Source of the DNA: Anthoceros angustus | Taxonomy: Eukaryota; Plantae; Anthocerotophyta | NCBI GenBank assembly: GCA_010909165.1 | Contig: VJWM01000250.1 | Span: 124,001 to 188,000 of the forward strand | Direction: 5' to 3' | DNA length: 64,000 nt | Shown: positions 24,400 through 35,579 of the stretch, piece by piece | Layout: every line of letters begins with the position of its first letter | How positions within the stretch are numbered: position 1 is the first letter of the stretch | Program-made: the position numbers and the translations under genes | Notes under the pieces: model-generated | What the model was told of the DNA's origin: nothing | The model's database searches: none | The model's input: only the letters and a program-made list of their open reading frames with translations

Positions 24400-26018
24400 G
24401 GAAGGGGTCACTAGTCGCTGCCACTAGGGGAGGTTGGAACGGATAAAGGGGTAGTTGCAGATCAACCCCTAGGAGAGGAAGGGCTAATTTTGGCAGCGAC
24501 TTTTAAACTCAAGGACATTTTCATGACATCTCATTGGACCCGGCCCAAACCGGCAACGAATGGAGATAAGTGACACCGCTGGCGCAAGCGGAATTGTTGT
24601 GAGGGGGATGGGCATAGGAACAGCCCAATTGAATTTGCAGGCCCCGACACCGCCATGGCTCTCACTCTCAGCCGGATCTTCGATCAGTGCGTACCCATGG
24701 CCTCACTTATCGAGGTCGGCTGGGGGCAACAAGAGAAGTTGCTCAAAGGAGAAGTTGAGGGGCCCGGAGGGCGCAGAACAAGGTGGCGCGAGGGTCATCG
24801 CTGCAGACGGAGTGCGTAGGGAGGCATTGTGCAAGGCAATGCTGTAAATGTACGAAGGCCATGACCACCAACAGAGGCCCTAGTAAATCAAGTAAGGAGC
24901 CGCATCGCTACAATTGAGGAGCCCGTAACGAGGTCTCGCGAGTCCAAGAGCCTGTGTGGAGACAATGGCTCCGGGAGAAATTCAAGAACCCAAGGAGAGA
25001 TATAAGCGAGAGAGATGAAGCTCGTAGCCGAGAGAGGCAGTAAACCAAGAAGGGCAGAGCAATGCCCACCGCAGTCAAGCAACCACCGTGGGGAAAGAAC
25101 CACCACGGTGGCTAAACCGCCACCGCCGCTGAAGGAGGAACCGAGGTGGGGGAAGCCACCGGCTGTGAGAGCCGCAGTGGGATACCCCCGGATTCCGGCA
25201 GCCCAAGATTGTCCACGGAGGAGAGGAACCTCCGAGTAAGGGCGGCCAGTCGGCTGGATGAGGATGCTCATGTCCCTCAAGCCGCATGGTGAGCGGTGCT
25301 CACCTAAATGTGTATGTGGTTGCTGGGATGAGGGGCGTAAACCATGGTCGCAGACATCTTGACCGCCACGTGCTACCGGGTTCTTCCGAACGGGAGCCGG
25401 GGCCTACCCCCAAGTGGTGATTGAGGAGATGAGCGAAGTGAGGCAGAGCGTGAGGGAGGAGCACAAAGGTGGCATTCCAAATGAGGAGTGAACAATGCAT
25501 AGGGCCTATAGACGCGATGCCCACGGAAGATAAGAAACCGCAGTAAATGAGTGAGGTGGAGGTTTTGGGGAGAATATCAGAGGCGTAAGGTGAGAGCAAG
25601 AGGGAACCCCACGGGCCGTAGTGGCTAGGCAAAGAATCACGCCGCCGCCGATTTTAGGATTTTAGAGGAGCGACATCATAGGCCGTGGGTCTTTCGTTAG
25701 GGGATAGGATGTTTTTGTCGCGGAGTCAGAAGTTACTCAATTGGTAGCGCCGTGGTAGTGGGCCATATTTTTAGACATCCGGAGAGGAGTGAGTGTGGAA
25801 CTGCACTGATGTATAAGAGACCCTTTTGTGTCTCTTACTGCATACAATTTCGTGTGAACTTCCGTGTTGAACCTACGCGAGGTTGGTTGAGACGCCCATC
25901 AAGATCAAACTCGTTCGATGCACCGCCTTCTCGCCACAAGAAGACCCAAGATCCCCGGGTGGTCGAGAGCGGAGTGGCCAAGCTCCACGTCTGGGAGTGG
26001 TGAGCGGTGAGAGGTAAC
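24400..26018 (+). repeat. A1 5' LTR, part 2 (first ~1 kb repeats 18530-19494)
   Basis: Collinear with ~59550-61140. It lacks the B insertion at GAGGAG|ATGAGC (~25430). Confidence 0.85.
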
Positions 26019-26036
26019 TGCAGTTACCTCTCACCG
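26005..26036. other. Perfect 32-bp palindrome at the LTR/insert junction
   Basis: CGGTGAGAGGTAACTG|CAGTTACCTCTCACCG. Confidence 0.97.
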
Positions 26037-27165
26037 ACATGTTTTGTCTTTGGGACATGACATGTGTAGGCATTACATGGGCGAAGGACATACATGTCTT
26101 TGAGCCTTGATATGAGGGTACATGTCATGGCCCAAGGACAAATTTGTCCTTGGACCATGAAATGTATATGCATGTCATGGTCAAGACCATGACATATATA
26201 TGCATGGCATGGTCCAGACCATGGCATGTAAATGCTTGTCATGGTCTTGATCATGAAATGTCACAAACGCTTGTCCTGGCCCACGGAAAGCTTAGGATTG
26301 ATAACTGCAATCAAGTGTGCACCGGGTCCAATGGACACCACCAAGTATGGGACATGTATGTCATAGTCCCTAGACCATGCCATGTGTTCACCGGGGATTG
26401 TCCTTCGCCCATGCCATGTCAATGTACCGTCATGGCCTCTTTGGCACCGATACGTCCATATGTCCATGTCACATCGATGATCTATGGCTCCATGGACCAT
26501 GTACATGCAAATGTACGTTAGTGACAAGACCATAACATGCATAAACATGTCATGGTCCATGGAGAATTTTGACCCTGCCCCATGACATGCATATGCATGT
26601 CATGGTCAAGACCATGGCTCGCATATGCATGGCATGGGGCACATATATAGCCACCAATAGCTCGCACCAACATTTCGAGGGCCAAGGACATGCACAGTTA
26701 TTTCGTGGGCCAAGGACAAATGCGACCTCATGTCATGGCCCAAGGCAATATTTGTCCTTGGCTCATGACATGTACGGCCATGTCATGGGCCAAGAACATC
26801 ACATGACATTGGGCCATGAAAATACATGTCATGGTCTAAGGTCATGTTTTGTCTTTGGGCCATGACATGTGCAGTATGCGTCATGGGCGAATTCCATAAT
26901 TGGGGTAAAATATGACATGGGCCATGACATGTCATGGTCCACGGACAAATGTGTCCTTGGACCACGAAATGTAAATGCATGTCATGAGTCATTTCAAATG
27001 CCCATACGACATGGGGAGGCGTACGTCATGGTGAAGACCATGACATGTTTATAGCATATAAGCCGGCGAGCCAAGGGACAAATACATTCTCGTGGTCCAT
27101 GACGTGAGGTCGCATTTGTCCTTGGCCCACGAAATGACCCACCGCATGTCCTGGCCCCTCAAAAT
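26037..27165. repeat. CATG-rich array of short hairpin units
   Basis: Recurrent CATGTCATGG / CCATGACATG and CCAAGGACAAA / TTTGTCCTTGG pairs, e.g. 26120-26165, ~26720-26772 and ~26930-26990. Confidence 0.9.
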
Positions 27166-28475
27166 GCTGGGTGCGAAAAGTAGATAATTAGGTCGAGCAG
27201 TTCAGCAGTTGATAAGTGTGGTGTCGTCAATTTGTCCTATCCCACATGTTATTACGAGGACTTCACACATTAGGAGAAGGTGATGAGGTGGCAAAATTTG
27301 AATGGCGCACGCACGCTGCGCATGGTGTCGGCCGAAAGCGCGTCATGCGCGGTCCCGGTGGACGGCCAGTATTACTCCGCGATCGCCACCGCTGGGTTAC
27401 TTCCACTTACCCATCTTTTTCCCATCGCCACCTTGGGCGGTTGCACCACCGCTGTCGCGTTCCTCCTCGCGCATGCTTTCGAGTTTGCGCGGTTAGAAGG
27501 ATGGTGTGGGACGTGGACTTCGAGGATTTATTTGACGAGGTCGCCACGCTTAAGCTCCGCACCAACTTCATCCCGCTGTGACTCCACCCGACCGGTGAGG
27601 ATGACGCCCGCCGCAACAAGGCGGGCGCCCGCACGCTCAAGGCAAGCAATGACTACAATGGCCGATGACGACAATGGCGACAAGTGGTCAGGAAGCACGC
27701 GCGATGGAGAGTGGACCCTTTGCGCAAAGATGACAAGGGCATGGAGTGCCGACGGCCCGGTTCATGGGTGGGAAACGCTGTCCGGAGGTGGAAATCTCGG
27801 TGGGTGGACCCATAGAGGCCGGGCGCGCCCAACGATCGAGACGACCGCAATCAGTAGTGGCGCGCATACTGGCGGCAATGGTGGCAGTGACAACGGAGTC
27901 AGGGGAGCCATGATCGATGGGCAATGCGGGCACGAGGGTGACTTCCAAGCTGCGGGGAGGTAGGTGATGGCCAACATGACGCAAGATGCCCATGTGAGGT
28001 GTGGGGAGATGGGAAGGAGGATGAGTCCGACCATCATCCCCTCGCCGGGAGGGAGCACACCCGGCCTTAGGGGCTACCGCCTGGTCACCTCCGTAGGGCA
28101 TTTGGGTCATCCGGACAGTAGCAGAGGTGGCCTCCCTTGAGCAGCTTGCCCGGGTCCCCTGAAGAGCCACAACACCGTGCCCCACCCTAGTGGCATGGAT
28201 GCGCTTAACAAGCTGGCCCCACTGTTGGGTCAGCCCATCCTCTGCCCCGAGGCTATGCCAAGGACCACTGGAAGCATTTGACGCACTGCAATGCGTATCG
28301 AGGTGCACGCCGAGCCAAGGGAGGAGGGCATGCTCCCGAATTTCAATTCTCCGCTTAAGAACATCTGGATGTGGGAGAGGAGGACATGGTTGAGGGGCCA
28401 AGCCTGCCAGAGGCCGAGATGGCCGACTACGAGGCGGATGGAAATGGCGAGGATGAGGACAATTGCGAGGAGGAG

Positions 28476-30614
28476 TGTGGAGTGATTTTCTAAACTAAGT
28501 GGTCACAAAGAGGCCACATTTACCCTCTTTATCATTGTAGACTTGAGATTCGTACCCAAGGGAGTGATTTCGTGTCAAGACAACCAAAACATAGCCAATC
28601 CAACCAAACACAGACACACCAAACATCTAGCGCATGCACTGTGCTACTATCCTAATAACACTCAGACTGCTATCTTAGCCACGCTGACCTTTACCTACCT
28701 TAGCAACGTAATCTTGCTGCTATCTTAGCAACCACCCTCTATTTTTAGCAGTGGGTCCACCTTGGGATCGGCTATTAATAGAAGGGTGGGACCCACTTGG
28801 GATCCAAGTGGATAAGGTTGACACCCTCTTATCTATCCACAAAGTTAGATCCACCAATCGAGTTAGCCACGTGTCACCTTTTCCACACACTATTTATGGA
28901 CAACCTAAGCAGCCGGCCCTAACCCTAATCTCTAAACCTAAACCTAGGACAACTCACGATAAAGGGTTGCACACACAACCAAAGACTTTCTCTTGCACTT
29001 CTTGTCTCTCCTCCAGCCTTTCAGCTCACCTTCCAAGCTCCATACAGACCTCTCCAGGCTCTCACAGCCCCTTGAGGTGCCTCGCATTCCTCCCCACACT
29101 CTCCAAGTCTCCCCAAAGAACTCTCTTCAACTCTCCTTGTTCTCACACCTCACGCCCCATTCAATCTCCACTTTCTGACCACGACCTCTCCCCCTTAAGG
29201 TTCTCATCCAGGCCCTTACAGCACTTCACCAACTCTCAAAATACTTGTTCAGCTCCAATCATTCCGTCTCATCCACTCACGGATCTTCAACCTCCACTCA
29301 CGCCTCTTCTTCAAGAACACAAACATCACTTACAGACTTCTCCAGTCCTTCTTACTCCTCTCAAACAGCCAATCAGCAACTCTCCATGTCCAGATTCTCC
29401 ACTTCTCTCAGTTCACTTTTCCTCTCATTTTCCAAACACACAAGCCCACGGGCCTCCAACTCACTCACTTTCCTCTCCTCCACACACAGGCTCCCCGCCT
29501 TGTCTTCCTCACACACGGGCTCCCGCCTCTCTTCTCCCAAAACACCGACCTCCAACACACGAAAACTCAAAACACAAGGTGAGTACTAGACTAGGAAGGG
29601 AATGAGGAAGAGTCAGCCTCCCCTTCACAACCCCTTCCTCTTGACCTTGGAAACTCCCTCCAAGGAGACCTCAAGGCTCCCTCCCTTGCTTTCCACCACC
29701 CTTGGATCCGGCCAGATCTAGGCAACTTGGTGGTCTTCGGCTTCTCTGTGACAAAGAAAGTGTCTAGACTTACAAAGACCTTGGATCTGCCCCCAAACCC
29801 CGTGCTCTCCCCAAACACCAAGACCTTAAACCAACATTGCTTACATTTCATCAAGAGGGCTGCCTCTTATACCCAAGATCAGCCCACAAAAGTAGCTGCT
29901 TGCCAAAAATACCAATCGGCCTTAGCCTAGTCCTAGAGGCCTATCTCTTAATTACATCCACTAAGAGAGAAGATAAGATTTCTGATCTATAAGCACATGG
30001 GCTACTATTTCGGTCACTTACCCCTATTATCTCCCTAGGCCTCCTAGGCCTCCTAGCCCCATGCTCCTCTTGCTCTCCTCCCTCTTGGCTGGTTGGGCAA
30101 ACTCTCCCACAAAATCTCCACCTCCTCAGCTGGACTCCTCTCTTGTGCTCGCAGATAGCCTCCTCCTCCTCGGTGAGCTCTTGAATCCTGGATGGGTCAA
30201 AGTCTCCTCCATAAGAGTCCAACCCATAGGTAGGATCCGGTCTGCCAAGGCATGGATCAAGTACCTCCATGTTCCCTGTACTTCCCGTTCGTATTTCCTG
30301 TGATTTCGCCCAAATAGGTTTCCGAATTTATCGGAAAATAACTCCGACTTGGTTGCTACCATAGCAACAGCTCCGGTCGGTTGTCATAGCAACAGTCCTT
30401 AGCAACGGCCCTAGCAACGCGTAGCAACCCCGAGCAGCCAACCCTCCGAGGTTCGCCCGTGATCGTGACTAGACTCTCTTCCTCCTACTAGGCTCTAGTA
30501 GACTTTTCTTATTTCCTAACCTACTTCACATTCCAACTCCACACGATTCTCACAACTTAAACACAAAACAAAAACACTCCTTTCGGGGGGTCGAGTACCC
30601 ATGTGGTCACCACA
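28476..30614 (-). repeat. 3' LTR of element C (2.1 kb)
   Basis: Shares the U5 motif (28547-28566) and the GTATAAGAG motif (29864-29872) with the other families. Confidence 0.85.
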
Positions 30615-30659
30615 TACTCCCTTCTCATTTGTTGCCCCGCCAACTTATTGGTAATACTT

Positions 30660-33600
30660 CTTCACGCCCAACCATTGACCTGTTGGCAGGGGTCCATCAA
30701 GTTGCCGCAGTTGTATGGATCCATTGTCGAACACTTGCACACAGGGACCCATCCATCTAAGATGCACTTCCTGTGGAAGTGCATGTACTTGTCACAAGAA
30801 CGCCAAGTCCCGAACAACGTACTCTTGTTTTTGCAACTTCCCATGCCATTCCTTCCTCTTCTTTGACGCTCAGGATCCAAGGCTTGTTCCTTTCTCCATG
30901 TCTGAACAAAGCCTATGAGCCTCTAACGGCTCTCCACCGTCATCCTCCTATGCTCTGGACTCTCAACGCACTTCAAACTCAATGGGCATGATGGTGAGTG
31001 CCCATAGGTGAGGTAGTAAGTCTTGTGTGGTCACCTTCTCCGCCCCACGCCCACACCGAGTGAAGCTTCCCCAATCGTAGGTGTAGGTGATGGTCAACTT
31101 GTTGAGGATCCCGCAAAGCAACCCATTAGCTTTCTCCGTGAGTCCATTCGCCTTGGGGTTGTAGGGGTGGTCTTCCCGTGGCTGATGTTGAAGTACTTCA
31201 CCATGTGAGATCACCTCGTTGATGAAATGGGTACTCGCTGCCAACCCCAACGCAGTACCTTGTGATGATGTGCTCAAGAACCGGCCACCACATTTGCCGT
31301 GTCCACGGGCAAGGCTTGAGCTTCCACCATGCGGCACAGAGTCCGTTGCTACCGGAATATATTGATTCTCCCTTGGTCTTGGGTCAATCGCCCAACAAGT
31401 CAATCCCCACTCAAAGGCGCCAAGGCTGGATAGGGACCAATGGCCAGTGTGGTCCTGTTGGCTTCCCAACCCTTTGACATGCATCACAACGCTTGATGAA
31501 CTCCTAGCATCAAGGTTGGCCACCAATACCCAAGATCTTACAGTCACGTTGCGAGTGACCTCCCCTCCTCATGCATACCGAGAACCCGGTCCTTTGACCA
31601 TCCTTGACCCACAACCTCTCAACTCCATCCGCTCCACTATGCCAGTCTCGCAACAGTGTCCGAGAAGTATAGAACAACCTCTGTCACAGACAGTCCATGG
31701 TATCTGCTAAAATCGAAAGACCTCCTCATAGGCTGGCCTCGCAAAACCTCCCTCCCTTCTCATTTGTTGTACTGCTCAACTTGGCATTGGGCCCAGCACT
31801 CTCCTCATCCTCCCCAAGAAGAAAGCTTCATCCGATGGTCTGATCACGCTCCACTTCCGCCTTCAAGCGAGACAAGTAGTTAGCTCTCATGCGCCTCCCT
31901 CACGTTCCCACCGTGAATGAACTCTGCAAAGAAGATCCAACGAGCTATGCGAGAGAGAGGTCCGCTTTGTTGACAAGATGCTTGAGAGCAAAATGGTCAA
32001 CAAAACACACCTTGTGGAGAGGAGATAATGCAAACTTCCTTGCATCAACCATCCTGGCTTCCCATTGTGTACATTCGCTCCTGGGTGACGGTGAGTTGTT
32101 TCAAACAGTGATCGTAGTCCCTCTTCTATCCTCACTCCCAAACACACAAAATCATCTAGAATACCTCCATGAACTTGTGGAATGCTCCTTGAAGATCTCA
32201 ACCATTCCCGATTGGGGTCTCCAACGTGGTCCCAATCTTGAATGGCCTCACTCTCCCTTAAGTGCATGATTGTACCCAGAGTACCCGTCCAAGAACGAGT
32301 ACACACATCTTCCAGCCACCAAATCCAGGATGTTGTCGATGAATGGCAGAGGGAAATGGTCCTTCTTGGTTGCTTTGTTGAGCTTCCTCCAGTCTTGACA
32401 TACTCGAATCTTTCCAGGCTGCTTCTTAGGAACCACAACGATTGGAGCCACCCACTCCGTGTTCACGATTGGATAGATGACGTCCGCCTTCAAGTACAAT
32501 TCAAGCTGCTCCTTCACCTTCAGTGAGTACTTTGGGTTCAGCTTGTATTGGGAATGCGGAGTCGCTCACGGCTCCAAATCGATCCTATGCTCCCCACTTC
32601 TTGGGAATCCCTTCATATCTCCACCTGAAGGCAAACAGTCGATGAACTCGAAGGAGGTTCATTCCTTCCTTCCAACTGGTTCCAGTGCAAACTTCAGACC
32701 TTCGGCAATACCTCCACATCCTTAATCTCGTCCGCTTGTACCCATTCTCGCTCCACGGGTGCTGAACTCTCACCAAACCCTTCCTCCGGTTCACGAGGTC
32801 CTCTTCCCTCATCCCCACTCCTAAATAGGTCCTCGGAGGTGAATCGAATGATCCACGGCTCACCCTCGACTTGTCGCCCTCGGCCCTTCCTTAGCAACCG
32901 CCTGTCGAATCGGTGTGCTTAGCAACGCCTTTTAGAATCGTGATGTTTCCTTAGCCCCTTAGCAACGGCTTGTCCTCCTCACTGTCCTCCATGAACCAAA
33001 GGTCCACCAAATTGAGGGAGTAAGGGATATCCCTCCTATACTCTTCCTCCTCATCGACCATGCGATATGTGCAAAAGGAAATTTGTCCAGTTCCCTCCTT
33101 CTTCCTCCGATGTTTCTCCCGATGTGTATCCTTCCGTTCTGTAGGAGTCTCCCCACGAGGGTATCCTGCTCCAACTCAAACAAATTGCCCTCCTTCGTCT
33201 TGGGGTCCCAATCCATTGGCTTAAAAGCCACTTCCTTCCTCCCCAAGTCATCTTGCATCTTGAGCCATACCCGGTCCTTCCCAATAGGATGTCACCCTGG
33301 CGCCTTGTCTGGATAACCACATAGTCCATGAGATAGGAATGGTCCCTATGATGGTGGTTACTCCTTGCCTCCCACAGTGCTGCATTTTTGACATGTCGTA
33401 ATCTCGACCTTTGTGGTATGCTCAATGTCCAACCCAAGCTTCCTTGCTATTGCTTCCGTCATGATGTTCACCCCGGATCCGGTATCGGGAACCCGCTTGA
33501 TGACCCGATCTCCACTTGCGCCGGCCTTGGTCTATCATGGACACTAGGTTGGTAGAGTCACACCCTTGGTCTGGCTTGGGCAATCGCCTCTTCCTCTTGG

Positions 33601-35575
33601 GTTGCGCTCTTGCAAGGCCCTCCGAACTTGTTGTGCCGGGTTGTCCTTCAATAGTTGACCAAGCGTGATAGCAAATTGCTGATCCATGATGGAGCAAGGT
33701 TAAATGGTCCTCGATCGGTCCCTCCTTCTTCCCAGCCGCGGTTGCTTTAGCAACAACGTCGTTGCTTGCTTAGCAACGGCCGCCTTAGCGGGCGGTTGCT
33801 AACTGGAGGACTTCTCTCGGATCACGAGGCTCGATTTGTAGTCTTGGTCAATTCCTCCTCTATCATCTCCATGACTTCCGGGCGTCCGGTGGAAACTCGG
33901 GTTCCTCTCCCTTTTTGGAACTTCTTTTCTCCAGCATGGCCCCAGGCGATTCACTCCTTGATTCTTCCTTCTGGGTTCTCCTTCTCAAGTGTCTCCTCTA
34001 GATCCGTTCCTCCGGGCTTGGAGTGCTCTCTCGGACTTTGTGATTCCACCTCCGTCTCTTTCTTCTTCCATGACTTCCTCCTAGCTTTTCATTCCTAGTG
34101 CCTGACCATGGCTGACCTCTCCGTAGTAGTCTCCTCCTGCACCCCCAGTCCATCTAGCTCAACACCATGGCTTCCGCATCCTCCCAAAGGACCATAAGGG
34201 CATCCTCCACGTGCATGCCCACGCTCCTTGGGATGCGCTTTTGAACCCTCGGTGGTTGAGCAATTGAGCGATCTCGGTTTGGGCAAGTGACACTCCCGCT
34301 ACATGACCTGTTGTTTGCGTCTTGCACGTTCGTAGTCACCATTGGCTGTCTTGTTGATGAGCAGCTATTTGCATAATGACCAAAGCCCCTGTTGTAACGA
34401 ACGCACCGTTGCTTGGTTAGCAACCACAGGCACTTGGTTGTTACGAATGCCACCCCATGGAATTTCGCAGCATCGGATGGATGCCTTGGGAATCTTGTTG
34501 TCCTGGAAACCTCACGGATCTAGGTATCCTCCGGCGTCCTCTTCCTCCTCCTCCTCGTGGCGAGCATGTGCACCTTGGCCACATGACAGTTGGACTTAGT
34601 GTGGCTGGCCACAAGTGGAACAAAGCAGTTAGCCCGAGCCTTTGGATCTCCTCTTCTCATGCTCCTTCACGTTGAGGTGAAACTTCTCGAATTTGCTCAT
34701 CATTTCCTCCATCTTCATTTCTTGTTGCACCTTCTTGACTTCACCTCCTCTTGACTTGTTCCACTTCCTTCTTAGCACTAGCGACCTCTTGTTTAGCCGG
34801 CCAGCTCCCTTGATCCTCGAGCCTCTGGTTTCTTCTTAGCGACGCCAACCTTCTTCTTCTTCCTGCCTCTCTCGTCTTAGGATTCTTCCTCCGTCTTTGC
34901 CATCCTCAGGAAGAGTCCTCCAGTCCGAGTCTTGAGGAGTCACTCTCCTCTGAAGATTCCTCCTCCGGCGACGAAGATCCCTTGTCCTTCTTCCCTCGCT
35001 TGGACTTCTTCTTCTTGCTCTTTTCCTTCTTGTGCTTCTTCTTGTCCAAGGAGTTGGATTCTAGTTGAGTGCCGCCTTGATGGCCTTGTCACGTCTTCTC
35101 CGCTTGCAGCCTCACATGTCGGCCCATCTCTAACCCAAAACCACCTTAGTGAGGACCACTCACGATCACGCAAGTTAAGAAACCTCTCAACATAAGCTTG
35201 CAAGGTCTCCTTCCTTCTTCTCCTCAAAAACTCCAACTTTGACAACACGTAGCCTTCTACATCTATTCCCTGAACCTCTCACAAAAGGCTTTCTTGATTC
35301 GTTGAAGGTTCTTGTCATGATGCCTTGAGGTACTCCCTCTTGTACCACTTGGCTGGCCCTCCGAAGAACTCCGTAGAAGAGTGAATGCGCTGCATCCCAT
35401 TCACGATTTGCAATGGTTAGTTGCTCAAAGCGTTCAACAAACTGCGGATCTTCATACCCCCTTCTTCTCCATACAAAGGTATGGTTGCTTGGTAGTTGCA
35501 AAAGTCATTGCAGTAGATAGGAGAACCCACTACACCGCAGAAGTAACCAACGCCATTGGTCAGACAGTGTGCTCC
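30660..35575 (-). pseudogene. gag-pol: gag-pol of element C
   Basis: GYEDPQFVERFEQL (gag), CCHC knuckle near 34360-34400, DTGSGVNIMT (PR, ~33460-33485), IYPIVNTEWVAPIVVVPKK...KDHFPLPFID...FLDGYSGYNH (RT), TPYNPKANGLTEKANG (INT). Confidence 0.92.
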
Positions 35576-35579
35576 AAGG

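Larger units (their letters stand above)
19495..24400 (+). mobile_element. Truncated gypsy element B (5' LTR, PBS, gag N-terminal half)
   Basis: LTR 19495-23240 (TGTGAG...CTCCACA), PBS TGGCGCTGCTCGGGAATG at 23244, and gag with GHEDPDEFVE. The sequence jumps back to A1 LTR sequence at ~24400. Confidence 0.8.
28476..35575 (-). mobile_element. 5'-truncated gypsy element C (3' LTR, PPT, INT, partial RT/RH, PR, gag)
   Basis: LTR 30614->28476 (TGTGGTGACCAC...CACTCCACA), PPT at 30615-30626, and domain motifs on the minus strand. No 5' LTR or PBS was found. Confidence 0.9.

Noticed and set aside
26037-27165. CATG array as CRISPR, or its His/Met/Cys-rich ORFs as genes
   Set aside because: There is no constant repeat with unique spacers, and the ORFs are a by-product of the CATG repeats.
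19490-28475. AGGAG before element B (19490-19494) and beside LTR C (28471-28475) as a TSD pair
   Set aside because: The two LTRs belong to different families in opposite orientations, and AGGAG is common in this purine-rich DNA.
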